A DNA stretch of 64,000 bases from Lautropia sp. (lineage in GTDB: Bacteria > Pseudomonadota > Gammaproteobacteria > Burkholderiales > Burkholderiaceae_E), in the NCBI GenBank assembly GCA_050249335.1, contig JBFWQR010000007.1, forward strand, positions 20,943 through 84,942, read 5' to 3'. The position numbers and the translations under genes were made by a program. The notes under the pieces are model-generated. The model was not told the origin of the DNA. It saw only the letters and a program-made list of their open reading frames with translations, and did not search any database. This document shows, in pieces, positions 42,804 through 51,747 of the stretch. Each line of letters starts with the position of its first letter. Positions within the stretch are counted from its first letter, which is position 1.

Positions 42804-42832
42804 AGTATAGAAGGAATCTGGGCAGTGCGCAA
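42804..42832 (-). promoter_or_regulatory. Putative sigma70 promoter of the spc operon
   Basis: Minus strand TTGCGC (42832-42827) N17 TATACT (42809-42804). Confidence 0.6.
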
Positions 42833-42971
42833 ACTGTGCGAGGCAGCGCGTTAGAGCCGGACAGTCATGTCGGATGCCATGGTTAGCGGGTTCCTGCTGG
42901 CCGGTCACTACCGTCATCGCGGGTCAGGATCTGGTAGAGCGTTCACATGGCACGTGGGCGACGGCCCCCGC

Positions 42972-43835
42972 CTAGACCGCCCGCCGGTGCCGCTCGATGC
43001 AGGTATCGAGCACGGTCTCGCCCGGCTGCGCCCACCAGGCATCCGAGAAGATCTCGACCTCGCTGAAGCCGGCGAAGCCGGCAGCCTCGATCCAGCCGCG
43101 GATCTTCCGGATCTCGATGACGCCGTCGCCCATCATGCCGCGATCGTTCAGCAGGTCGCGGGTCGGCGTCAGCCAGTCGCAGACGTGGAACGCCAGCAGC
43201 CGCTCGCGGCCGGCCCGGGCGATCTGCGCCTGCAGCTTCGGATCCCACCAGACATGGTAGACGTCGACCGCGACGCCGAGCGCGCCGGTCCGGCCCGGGT
43301 CGAGCTCGTCGCACAGGTCGAGCGCCTGCTCGAGCGTGTTGACGCAGGCACGCTCGGCCGCCTGCATCGGATGCAACGGCTCGATCGCGAGCGGCAAACC
43401 GACCGAACGGGCATGGTCCAGCGACGCGGCGATGCCGTCGCGGACCTCGCCGCGCACCCGCTGCAGGTCCTTGTGCCGCGGCTTGCCTTCGAGAGCGCCC
43501 GGCAGCGAGCCGACCACCAGCACCAGGCAGGCGGCGCCGAGCTGCCGCGCCTCGTCGATGGCGCGGCGATTGTCGTCGAGCGCCGCGGCGAGCCCGGCGG
43601 CGTCCGGCGCCGGGAAGAAGCCGCCGCGGCAGTAGCCCGAGAGCCCGATGCCGGCTTCGCGCAGCAGCCGCTCGATCCGGTCGATGCCGACCGCCGCGAC
43701 CTGGTCGCGCCACGGGCTGATCGCGCGGATGCCGCGCGCCGCGCATTCGCCGATGATCCGGTCGAGCGACCACTGCCGGCGCACCGTCGCGGTATTGATC
43801 GACAACCACTCGTGGCTGGCGGAGAAGTCGCGCAT
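42972..43835 (-). CDS. Sugar phosphate isomerase/epimerase (xylose-isomerase-like TIM barrel)
   Basis: LAIEPLHP, DVYHVWWD, FHVCDW, RGMMGDG, EVEIFS. Confidence 0.85.
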   Translation of the reverse strand: MRDFSASHEWLSINTATVRRQWSLDRIIGECAARGIRAISPWRDQVAAVGIDRIERLLREAGIGLSGYCRGGFFPAPDAAGLAAALDDNRRAIDEARQLGAACLVLVVGSLPGALEGKPRHKDLQRVRGEVRDGIAASLDHARSVGLPLAIEPLHPMQAAERACVNTLEQALDLCDELDPGRTGALGVAVDVYHVWWDPKLQAQIARAGRERLLAFHVCDWLTPTRDLLNDRGMMGDGVIEIRKIRGWIEAAGFAGFSEVEIFSDAWWAQPGETVLDTCIERHRRAV

Positions 43836-43898
43836 CGAAGCTCCGTATCGTTGATCGGGACTGCCGCGCGGCCCCCTTTCCGTGCTCCGGACGGCCTC

Positions 43899-45086
43899 CT
43901 AGCCGTCGATACCGTACAGCGCCAGCAGCGTCTTCATCCGCGCCGCCGCGAGTTCCGGCTGTTCGAGCAGGTCGGCCGTGTCGGCAAGCCGGAACAGCTC
44001 GGCCAGATGCGGCAGCGAGCGCGCGCTCTGCTGGCCGCCGACCATCGTGAAATGCGACTGGTGGCCGTTCAGCCAGGCCATGAACACGACGCCGGTCTTG
44101 TAGAACCGGGTCGGCGCCCGGAAGATGTGGCGCGACAGCGGCACGGTCGGCCCGAGGATCGCATGGAAGCGCTCGGCGTTGCCGGCCGCGAGCTCGCCGA
44201 GCGCCGCGCTCGCTGCCGGCGCGATCGCGTCGAAGATGCCGAGCAGCGCATCGCTCTTGCCGTGGTTGGGCTGGGTGCCGTGGCCGTCGCCGGCGATCAG
44301 CTCGGCGTAGTTGAAATCGTCGCCGGTGTACATCCGGACGCCGGCCGGCAGCAGCCGGCGCATCCGGATCTCCTTGTCCTTGTCGAGCAGCGAGATCTTG
44401 ATGCCGTCGACCTTGTCCGGATGCGCGCGGATCACGCCGAGCGCGGTCTCCATCGCCTGGTCGAGGTCGGCGCTGCCCCAGTAGCCGGCCAGCGCCGGAT
44501 CGAACATGTCGCCGAGCCAGTGCAGGATCACCGGCTGCCTGGCCTGCGACAGGATCCGGTCGTAGACGCACTCGTAGTCGGCCGGCGAGCGGGCCACCGC
44601 CGCCAGCGCCCGGCTCGCCATCACGATCAGCTGGCCACCCAGCGCCTCGATCGCCGCCATCTGGGTCTCGTAGCCGCGGATCACGTCGTCGATGCCCCGC
44701 ACCTCGGCGAGCACCAGATGATCGGTGCCGCAGCCCGACGCGACCCGCGCGCCCGGTACGGTCTTCGCTTCGGCGAGGCAGCGCCGGATCAGCTCCAGCG
44801 AGGTCGGCCAGTCCAGACCCATGCCGCGCTGCGCCGTATCCATCGCCTCGGCGACGCCGAGGCCGAGGCGCCAGAGCCGGTGCCGATAGCGCATCGTCGC
44901 GTCCCAGTCGATCGCGCACTCGAGCCACGGATCGATCGCGGCGCGCGGATCGGCGACGACATGCGCCGCCGAATAGGCGATCCGGTCGAACCGGACGCCG
45001 GCCGGCGGCGTCGCGGGCGGGCGGCCGCGCAGCGTGTAGGCGCTCAGTCCGCCGGCGGCGTCGGGGAGTCGAATCGTCGTGGTCAT
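43899..45086 (-). CDS. DUF993 / DHDPS-like family protein
   Basis: AYSAAHVVADP, GVAEAMDTAQRGMG, LHWLGDMFDP, GIKISLLD, YTGDDFNY. Confidence 0.85.
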   Translation of the reverse strand: MTTTIRLPDAAGGLSAYTLRGRPPATPPAGVRFDRIAYSAAHVVADPRAAIDPWLECAIDWDATMRYRHRLWRLGLGVAEAMDTAQRGMGLDWPTSLELIRRCLAEAKTVPGARVASGCGTDHLVLAEVRGIDDVIRGYETQMAAIEALGGQLIVMASRALAAVARSPADYECVYDRILSQARQPVILHWLGDMFDPALAGYWGSADLDQAMETALGVIRAHPDKVDGIKISLLDKDKEIRMRRLLPAGVRMYTGDDFNYAELIAGDGHGTQPNHGKSDALLGIFDAIAPAASAALGELAAGNAERFHAILGPTVPLSRHIFRAPTRFYKTGVVFMAWLNGHQSHFTMVGGQQSARSLPHLAELFRLADTADLLEQPELAAARMKTLLALYGIDG

Positions 45087-45120
45087 GGCCGTATCCTCGC
45101 CGTCAGCAATCCTCTGATTG

Positions 45121-46284
45121 TCAGATCTCCAGCGGCGGTACGTCGACCCAGCGCCGCTCCTTCCAGCTCGCCAGCGCGGCCTCGACCAGCTGGACCCCCT
45201 TGGCGCCTTCCGGCAGCGTCCACTGGTACGGGGCGTCCTCGGCGACGTGCCGGATGAAGCGCTCCCACTGGATCTTGAAGCCGTTATCGTAGACCTCGGA
45301 ATCCGGCACCTCGAGCCACTGGTCGAAGAAGTTCATCGTCTGCTTGACGTCGGGGTTCCAGACCGGCCGCGGCGTGTTGACCCGCGACTGGGCGCGGCAG
45401 TCGGTCAGCCCGGCGACCGCCGAGCCGTGGGTGCCGTCGACATGGAAGGTCACCAGGTCGTCGCGCCGCACCCGCGTCACCCACGACATGTTGAGCTGGG
45501 CGATCACCGGCTCGCCGTTGTGGCCGACCAGCTCGGCGGTCGCGTAGGCGGCGTCGTCGGCGGTCGCCTTGTAGGCGTTGCCGGCTTCGTCCCAGCGGGT
45601 CGGGATATGGGTGGTGCCGAGGCACGAGATCGATTTGACCTTGCCGAACAGATTGTCCAGCACATAGCGCCAGTGGCACATCATGTCGAGGATCATGCCG
45701 CCGCCGTCCTCGGACCGATAGTTCCACGACGGCCGCTGGATCGGTTGCAGGTCGCCTTCGAACACCCAGTAGCCGAACTCGAGCCGGACCGACAGCATCC
45801 GGCCGAAAAAGCCGGAGCGGCGCAGCATGTCGAGCTTGCGCAGGCCGGGCAGGAACAGCTTGTCCTGCACCGCCCCGTGCTTGAGACCGGACTTCTGCGC
45901 GACCCGCGCGATCTCGACCGCCTCGTTCAGATTGGTCGCGATCGGCTTCTCGCAGTAGACGTGCTTGCCGGCGGCGAGCGCCTGCGCCAGCAGCTTCGGC
46001 CGCATCTGCGTCGTGCCGGCATCGAAGAAGACGGTGTCCTCCTTGCCGGCCAGCGCCGCGTCGAGATTGGTGCCCCAGCGCGGGATGTCGTGGGCCCGTG
46101 CCAGCGCCTCGATCTTCTCGGCGTTGCGGCCGATCAGGATCGGGTCGGGCAGCACCCGGTCGCCGTTGGACAGCTGGACGCCGCCCTGCTTGCGGATCGC
46201 GACGATCGAGCGGATCAGATGCTGGTTCATCCCCATCCGGCCGGTGACGCCGTGCATGATGAGGCCGAGCTTGCGGGTGGCCAT
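45121..46284 (-). CDS. Gfo/Idh/MocA family oxidoreductase
   Basis: MHGVTGRMG, GKHVYCEKP, EFGYWVFEG. Confidence 0.9.
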   Translation of the reverse strand: MATRKLGLIMHGVTGRMGMNQHLIRSIVAIRKQGGVQLSNGDRVLPDPILIGRNAEKIEALARAHDIPRWGTNLDAALAGKEDTVFFDAGTTQMRPKLLAQALAAGKHVYCEKPIATNLNEAVEIARVAQKSGLKHGAVQDKLFLPGLRKLDMLRRSGFFGRMLSVRLEFGYWVFEGDLQPIQRPSWNYRSEDGGGMILDMMCHWRYVLDNLFGKVKSISCLGTTHIPTRWDEAGNAYKATADDAAYATAELVGHNGEPVIAQLNMSWVTRVRRDDLVTFHVDGTHGSAVAGLTDCRAQSRVNTPRPVWNPDVKQTMNFFDQWLEVPDSEVYDNGFKIQWERFIRHVAEDAPYQWTLPEGAKGVQLVEAALASWKERRWVDVPPLEI

Positions 46285-46312
46285 GGGCAGGTCCTCTTGA
46301 GTGCCTGGTTGG

Positions 46313-46330
46313 TAACTATCTAGATAGTTA
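46313..46330. promoter_or_regulatory. Perfect 18-bp palindrome, likely repressor operator of the DUF993 trio
   Basis: TAACTATCTAGATAGTTA, 29 nt upstream of the oxidoreductase ATG, AT-rich in a GC-rich context. Confidence 0.7.
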
Positions 46331-46505
46331 ATAATCGGATTAGACGAGCTTTCGCCCGGACCGTCAAGCAGCCGGCGAGCCGACGCTGATCACGGAACAT
46401 CTCCCCGATGAACGAGCGGTTTCATGCCGAAGGCGTTCAGGTTGCTCGATTGCGCGTGGCGACAGTATGCGCGGTCCGGCGGCAGTTCGGGAGCCGCCGC
46501 CGCGA

Positions 46506-47423
46506 TCAGCCGAGACCGTCCGCCGACGCGAAGATCCGGTACTTGCGGATCAGTTCGCGGATCAGCGCGACGAACGTGCTCATCCGGAGCCCCGCCTCGC
46601 TCTGCTGATAGCAGATCGAGACGCGGTGCGACGGCAGCTCCGGCGTCACCGCGAGCTGGCGGACCAGCCGGGCCGCGACCTCCTGCTCCATCACGCGGAC
46701 CGGCACGATCGCGATCACCGAACCATGCTGGACCGCGACCTTGGTGACCGCGACGTTGTTGCAGACGCTGACGCGCGGCGGGACGACGCCGGAATCGGCG
46801 AACCAGCGATTGACCGTCGTGAACAGCCGCGAGGTCGCCGACGGGATCATCAGATGGAACCGGGCGAGGTCCGCCGGGGTCGCCGGATCGGCATCGGAGT
46901 GGGCGGACCCCGAGGCGAACCAGCCGAGGCGGCTCGACCCGACCGGTTCGCGGATCACGTGCGCCTCGACGGTCGGCTCCGAGACGATCGCGAGGTCGAG
47001 TTCGCGCTCGTTGAGCAGCCGGGACAGCGCACCGGAATCGCCGACCAGCACCGAGGCGGTGATCCGCGGATAGTGCGTCTGCAGCCGGTCGAGCAGGTCG
47101 GCGAGGCCGTTCAGCGCGAAGTTCTCGCTGAGGCCGATCCGCAGCTGCCCGCGCATCTCGTCGCCGGCGCGAAAGCGTTCCTGCAGCGTGGTCGCCGCCG
47201 CGAGTACCCGGTCGGCATGCTCGATCAGTGCATGGCCGTCCGCGGTCAGGCTGATCCGGGGGCCGCGGCGCAGGAACAGCCGTGTTCCGAGCGCCGCCTC
47301 GAGTTCCCGGACGCGCTGCGAAACGCTCGGCTGGCTCAGGTTCAGCAGCGCCGCGGCGCCCTGGAAGCTGCCGGTCGCGACGATCGACCGGAAGGCCTTC
47401 AGCTGGTTCAGTGTCGCAGTCAT
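46506..47423 (-). CDS. LysR family transcriptional regulator
   Basis: HTH SFQGAAALLNLSQPSVSQRVRELEAALGTRLF; divergent from ligK-like gene. Confidence 0.93.
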   Translation of the reverse strand: MTATLNQLKAFRSIVATGSFQGAAALLNLSQPSVSQRVRELEAALGTRLFLRRGPRISLTADGHALIEHADRVLAAATTLQERFRAGDEMRGQLRIGLSENFALNGLADLLDRLQTHYPRITASVLVGDSGALSRLLNERELDLAIVSEPTVEAHVIREPVGSSRLGWFASGSAHSDADPATPADLARFHLMIPSATSRLFTTVNRWFADSGVVPPRVSVCNNVAVTKVAVQHGSVIAIVPVRVMEQEVAARLVRQLAVTPELPSHRVSICYQQSEAGLRMSTFVALIRELIRKYRIFASADGLG

Positions 47424-47482
47424 CGCGCGCTCGGCAGGGCGGTCGGCGGCTCGAGTATAGGAATTTCCTTGGCTAGAACGCC

Positions 47483-47500
47483 ATAAAAACCCGTTTTTAT
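47483..47500. promoter_or_regulatory. Dyad in LysR/ligK divergent promoter
   Basis: ATAAAAAC-CC-GTTTTTAT; second dyad AGGAA-T-TTCCT near 47458-47468. Confidence 0.5.
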
Positions 47501-47566
47501 TTTCCTCGCGGCCGCCCTAAGCTGCGGCGTCATCGAGTGATGGCCACCCACGGCGAGGAGACGCGG

Positions 47567-48214
47567 ATGCAGGTCGAAGTGACCGACGATCGGATCGAGG
47601 CCCTGAAGCGGTTCGGCACCGCGACGATCCACGAGGCCCAGGGACAGAAAGGCGCCGTCGACGGCGCGATCCGGCCGCTCGATCCGGGCATGCGACTCGG
47701 CGGCCCGGCGCTGACGGTCCAGTGCCGCCCCGGCGACAACCTGGCACTGCACTACGCGCTGACCAAGGCGACGCCGGGACAGGTCATGGTCGTCGACGCC
47801 GAGGGCTTCACCGAAGCCGGGCCGTGGGGCGACGTGATGACCGGCGCGGCGCAGCTGGCCGGCCTGCGCGGTCTCGCGATCGACGGCTCGGTGCGCGACT
47901 CGGCAACGATCGTCGCGATGGGCTTCCCGGTGTTCTCGCGCGGCATCTCGATCAAGGGCACCAACAAGTGCCAGCCCGGGCGGGTCGGCATCCCGATCGT
48001 CTTCGGCGGCGTCGTCGTGCGGCCGGGTGACATCGTGATCGGCGACCGTGACGGGCTGGTCGTCGTCCTCGCCGAGGAGGTCGACCGGGTCATCGGGCTG
48101 TGCCAGCAACGCGAGGACAAGGAGGTCGAGTTCCGCAAGGCGCTGGCGAGCGGCAAGACCTCGATCGAATTGCTGGGCCTGCAGGGCCTGCTCGACCGGT
48201 TCGACATGAAATGA
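47567..48214 (+). CDS. ligK: 4-carboxy-4-hydroxy-2-oxoadipate aldolase (LigK/RraA-like family)
   Basis: GTATIHEAQG, PGDNL, WGDVM, IDGSVRDS; RBS GAGGAG 6 nt before ATG. Confidence 0.8.
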   Translation: MQVEVTDDRIEALKRFGTATIHEAQGQKGAVDGAIRPLDPGMRLGGPALTVQCRPGDNLALHYALTKATPGQVMVVDAEGFTEAGPWGDVMTGAAQLAGLRGLAIDGSVRDSATIVAMGFPVFSRGISIKGTNKCQPGRVGIPIVFGGVVVRPGDIVIGDRDGLVVVLAEEVDRVIGLCQQREDKEVEFRKALASGKTSIELLGLQGLLDRFDMK

Positions 48215-48236
48215 ACGACGCAGGAGGAGACCAGAC

Positions 48237-49232
48237 ATGAATTCCATGACCACGACATCGGCGCTGCGTGCATCGGCGCTCGCGCTCGCCGCCGTGACGA
48301 TCGTGGCGGCGGCTGCGGCCGACGCCGCCGCGGCCGAGCCGTTCCCGTGCAAGACGATCCGGCTGATCGCGCCGAACCCGCCGGGCGGCGCGACCGACGT
48401 GCTGTCGCGGATGCTGGCCGCGCCGCTCGGGCGCCGGCTCGACGTGCCGGTCGCGGTCGAGAACAAGGGCGGCGCATCGACCAATATCGGCAACGAGTAC
48501 GTCGTGCGCGCGGCGCCCGACGGCTGCACCCTGCTGCTCGGCAACATCTCGATGGCGCTGAACAAGTCGCTGTTCCACCTGAACTTCGAGATCGAGAAGG
48601 ACCTGCGCGCGGTGATCCAGGTCGCGTCGGTGCCGCTGGTGCTGTTCGTGCACCCGAGCGTCAAGGTGACCTCGGTCAAGGAGTTCATCGCGCTGGCCGC
48701 CGCATCGCCCGGCAAGGTCACGTTCTCCAGCGCCGGCAACGGCACGCCGACGCACCTGATCGCCGAGATGATCAACCAGAACGCCGGCGTCAAGATCGTC
48801 CACGTGCCGTACCGCGGCGCCGGTCCGGCGACGATGGACGTGATCGCCGGTCAGATCACCAGCAGCACCGACTCGCTGATCCCGGTGGTGCCGCATATCC
48901 GCAGCCAGACCGTCCGGGCGCTCGCGGTCACCGGGCCGGCCCGCTCGCCGGCGCTGCCGGAAGTGCCGACGTTCCGCGAACAGGGCGTGGACTACGTCGA
49001 CCTGTCGTTGTGGTACGGTGTGATGGCACCGGCCAGAACGCCGGACGCGATCGTCAAGCGGCTCAACGAGGAGCTCTCGGCGGTGCTGTCGAGCCCGGAG
49101 GTCCGCGAGAAGCTGGTCAGTCTCGGATCGAGCGACACCGACCGGTCGCCGGACGCGTTCCAGCACCTGGTCGCCAGCGAGACCGCGCGGCTCGGCGACC
49201 TGATCCGCGCGACCGGCGTCAAGGTCGAGTGA
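48237..49232 (+). CDS. Bug/TctC tripartite tricarboxylate transporter substrate-binding protein
   Basis: PPGGATDV, VENKGGA, VPYRGAG, LPEVPTFRE. Confidence 0.92.
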   Translation: MNSMTTTSALRASALALAAVTIVAAAAADAAAAEPFPCKTIRLIAPNPPGGATDVLSRMLAAPLGRRLDVPVAVENKGGASTNIGNEYVVRAAPDGCTLLLGNISMALNKSLFHLNFEIEKDLRAVIQVASVPLVLFVHPSVKVTSVKEFIALAAASPGKVTFSSAGNGTPTHLIAEMINQNAGVKIVHVPYRGAGPATMDVIAGQITSSTDSLIPVVPHIRSQTVRALAVTGPARSPALPEVPTFREQGVDYVDLSLWYGVMAPARTPDAIVKRLNEELSAVLSSPEVREKLVSLGSSDTDRSPDAFQHLVASETARLGDLIRATGVKVE

Positions 49233-50278
49233 TGATCATCGATTGCCACGGCCACTACACGACGGCGCCGCGCAGTCTCGAGGCGTACCGGGAGGCGCAG
49301 GCCGATGCGTTTCCCGACACCGGCCGGCTGGCATCGCTGGCGATCCCGCGCTTCGGCGACGACCAGATCCGCAGCACCATCGAGAATGGCCAGCTGCGTG
49401 TGCAGAACAGCCGCGGCATCGACGTGACGATCTTCTCGCCGCGCGCGGCCGGCATGTCGCACCATATCGCCGACTTCGCCGCCGGCGAGAAGTGGTCGCG
49501 ACTGTGCAACGACCTGATCGCGCGGATCTGCGGCTTCTATCCGGACCGCTTCGTCGGCGTCTGCCAGCTGCCGCAGTCGCCCGGCGTCCCGCCTGCGACC
49601 TGCGTCCCGGAACTGGTCCGCTGCGTCGAGGAGCTCGGCTTCATCGGCTGCAACCTGAACCCGGACCCGTCGGGCGGCTACTGGAAGGACCCGCCGCTGA
49701 CCGATCGCTGGTGGTATCCGCTGTACGAGAAGGTGGTCGAGCTCGACGTGCCGGCGATGATCCACGTCAGCGCCTCGTGCAACCCGAACTTCCACACCTC
49801 CGGCGCGCACTACCTGAACGGCGACACGTCGGCATTCATGCAGCTGCTGCTGTCGGACCTGTTCCGCGACTTCCCGACGCTGAAGCTCATCATCCCGCAC
49901 GGCGGCGGCGCGGTGCCGTACCACTGGGGGCGTTTCCGCGGCATCGCGCAGGATCTGAAACGGCCGCCGCTGCCGGAACTGCTGCTCGACAACGTCTTCT
50001 TCGATACCTGCGTCTACCACCAGCCCGGCATCGACCTGCTGACCCGCGTGATCCCGGTCAAGAACGTGCTGTTCGCGTCCGAGACGATCGGCGCGGTCCA
50101 GGGCATCGACCCGGAGACCGGCCATCACTTCGACGATACCCGCCGGTACATCGACGGCGTCTCCTCGCTGACCGCGGCCGAAAGGCAGCAGATCTTCGCC
50201 GGCAATGCGCGGCGGGTCTACGGGCGGCTCGATGCGCATCTGGCGAAGCATCGGATCGGCTGGCAGGCAGGAGGTTAA
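49232..50278 (+). CDS. ligJ: 4-oxalomesaconate hydratase (LigJ-like amidohydrolase)
   Basis: MIIDCHGHYTTAP, HGGGAVPYHWGR, FFDTCVYHQPGIDLL, LFASE.IGAV.GIDP. Confidence 0.85.
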   Translation: MIIDCHGHYTTAPRSLEAYREAQADAFPDTGRLASLAIPRFGDDQIRSTIENGQLRVQNSRGIDVTIFSPRAAGMSHHIADFAAGEKWSRLCNDLIARICGFYPDRFVGVCQLPQSPGVPPATCVPELVRCVEELGFIGCNLNPDPSGGYWKDPPLTDRWWYPLYEKVVELDVPAMIHVSASCNPNFHTSGAHYLNGDTSAFMQLLLSDLFRDFPTLKLIIPHGGGAVPYHWGRFRGIAQDLKRPPLPELLLDNVFFDTCVYHQPGIDLLTRVIPVKNVLFASETIGAVQGIDPETGHHFDDTRRYIDGVSSLTAAERQQIFAGNARRVYGRLDAHLAKHRIGWQAGG

Positions 50279-50285
50279 CTTCAGT

Positions 50286-50301
50286 GTCTCACGCGTGAGA
50301 C
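50286..50301. other. Perfect 16-bp palindrome between convergent operons
   Basis: GTCTCACGCGTGAGAC. Confidence 0.6.
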
Positions 50302-50315
50302 CATTCCATCCAGGT

Positions 50316-51287
50316 TCAGATGTCGAGCACGAGCTCGTCGCTGTTCGACCGCGAGCAGCAGACCGTGATCTGGTTGTTGGCAGCCCGCTCCTCGTCGGTG
50401 AGATACGAGTCGCGATGGTCGGGGAGCCCCTGCAGGACGCCGGTGACGCACGTTCCGCAAATGCCTTGTTCGCAGGAGAGCTGCACCAGGACGCCCTGGA
50501 CGGCGAGCGCGTCGGCGATGCTCTGGTCGGGGCCGACGACGACCGTCTTGCCGCTGCGGGCCGCGCGCACGGTGAACGGCCGCCCGGTCGCGATCACGTG
50601 CGCCGTGAAGTACTCCTTGTGTTGCGCCGTCGCGGGCCAGCCCGCGGCCGACGCGCTCGCCAGCACGTGTTCGATGAACCCGGCAGGTCCGCACACATGG
50701 AGCTCGTCGCCCGGCCGATACTCGCGCAGCAGCCGCGCCGCATCGAAGCGCTGCGCGGGCGGCCCGTCGTCGAAGTGGAAGCACAGCGCAGCCGAAAACT
50801 CGCGCTGCAGCTCGTCGCGGAATGCGGCCCGCTCCTCGGACCGGGCGCAGTAGTGCAACGCATAGTCCGCACCTGCCGTCTTCAACCCGTAGGCCATCGA
50901 CACGAGCGGCGTCACGCCGATGCCGCCGGCCAGCAGCAGCACGCGGCCGCCCGACCGGTGCAGCGGAAACGCGTTCCTCGGCGCGGACGTCACCAGGCGA
51001 TCGCCCTCGCGGAGGGCGTGCATCGCGACCGAACCGCCGCGGGAGCCCGGCTCCTCGAGGATGCCGAGGCGGTAGCGGTCGCCGCGTGCCGGATCGCCGG
51101 ACAGGGAGTACGAGCGTGCGATCCCGCCCGGCAGCGTCACGACGAGGTGTGCTCCCGGACTCCACGGCGGCAAGGCGCCGCCATCGTCCCGGCGCAAGGT
51201 CAGCGAGACGACGTCGCGCGCCTCGACCTTTCTTTCCACGACACGCAGCAGCAGCCCGTCATCGCGATCGCTCGCGAGCAGGCTCAC
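50316..51287 (-). CDS. PDR/VanB family flavin/[2Fe-2S] reductase
   Basis: RSYSL, AGGIGVTP, HVCGP, CEQGICGTC...CCS. Confidence 0.92.
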   Translation of the reverse strand: MSLLASDRDDGLLLRVVERKVEARDVVSLTLRRDDGGALPPWSPGAHLVVTLPGGIARSYSLSGDPARGDRYRLGILEEPGSRGGSVAMHALREGDRLVTSAPRNAFPLHRSGGRVLLLAGGIGVTPLVSMAYGLKTAGADYALHYCARSEERAAFRDELQREFSAALCFHFDDGPPAQRFDAARLLREYRPGDELHVCGPAGFIEHVLASASAAGWPATAQHKEYFTAHVIATGRPFTVRAARSGKTVVVGPDQSIADALAVQGVLVQLSCEQGICGTCVTGVLQGLPDHRDSYLTDEERAANNQITVCCSRSNSDELVLDI

Positions 51288-51724
51288 CCCTGCCGCATCC
51301 CGCTGTCGCGCTCGGCGGAAGCGATCGCTTCCACCTCGATGAGGAAGTCTTCCTTGACCAGGCGATCGACCATCAGCAGCGTGTTGGGCGGAAACCGGTG
51401 GCCGCCGAACAGCTGCGGAAACAGCTCCGCGCGCACGCGCATGAACCGCTCGATGTCCTGCGAGTGCACGAGATACGTCGTGAACTTGATGACGTGGTTG
51501 AAGCCCAGCTCGAGCCCGCCGAGGATGCCGCCCAGGTTGGAGAACACCTGCCGCATCTGTGCCTCGAAGTCGTGGCGGCCGACGACGTTGCCGTCCTTGC
51601 CCACGGAAAGCTGGCCGGCGATGTACGCCGTGCGCCCGTTGGCGGGCACGAGCGTGACGTTGGAGTAGAGGCCCTGCGCGGGGCCGGCGCCGGGAGGATT
51701 GGTGTATTCGATGTGGCTGTTCAT
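51284..51724 (-). CDS. RidA/YjgF family protein
   Basis: AYIAGQLS, FPPNTLLMVDRL..EDFLIEVEAIA. Confidence 0.88.
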   Translation of the reverse strand: MNSHIEYTNPPGAGPAQGLYSNVTLVPANGRTAYIAGQLSVGKDGNVVGRHDFEAQMRQVFSNLGGILGGLELGFNHVIKFTTYLVHSQDIERFMRVRAELFPQLFGGHRFPPNTLLMVDRLVKEDFLIEVEAIASAERDSGMRQG

Positions 51725-51747
51725 GGAGGTGGTTGGTGGCGAGCGTC

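Noticed and set aside
48237-49232. Bug protein without TctA/TctB partners
   Set aside because: Orphan Bug genes are very common in Burkholderiales; not unusual on its own.
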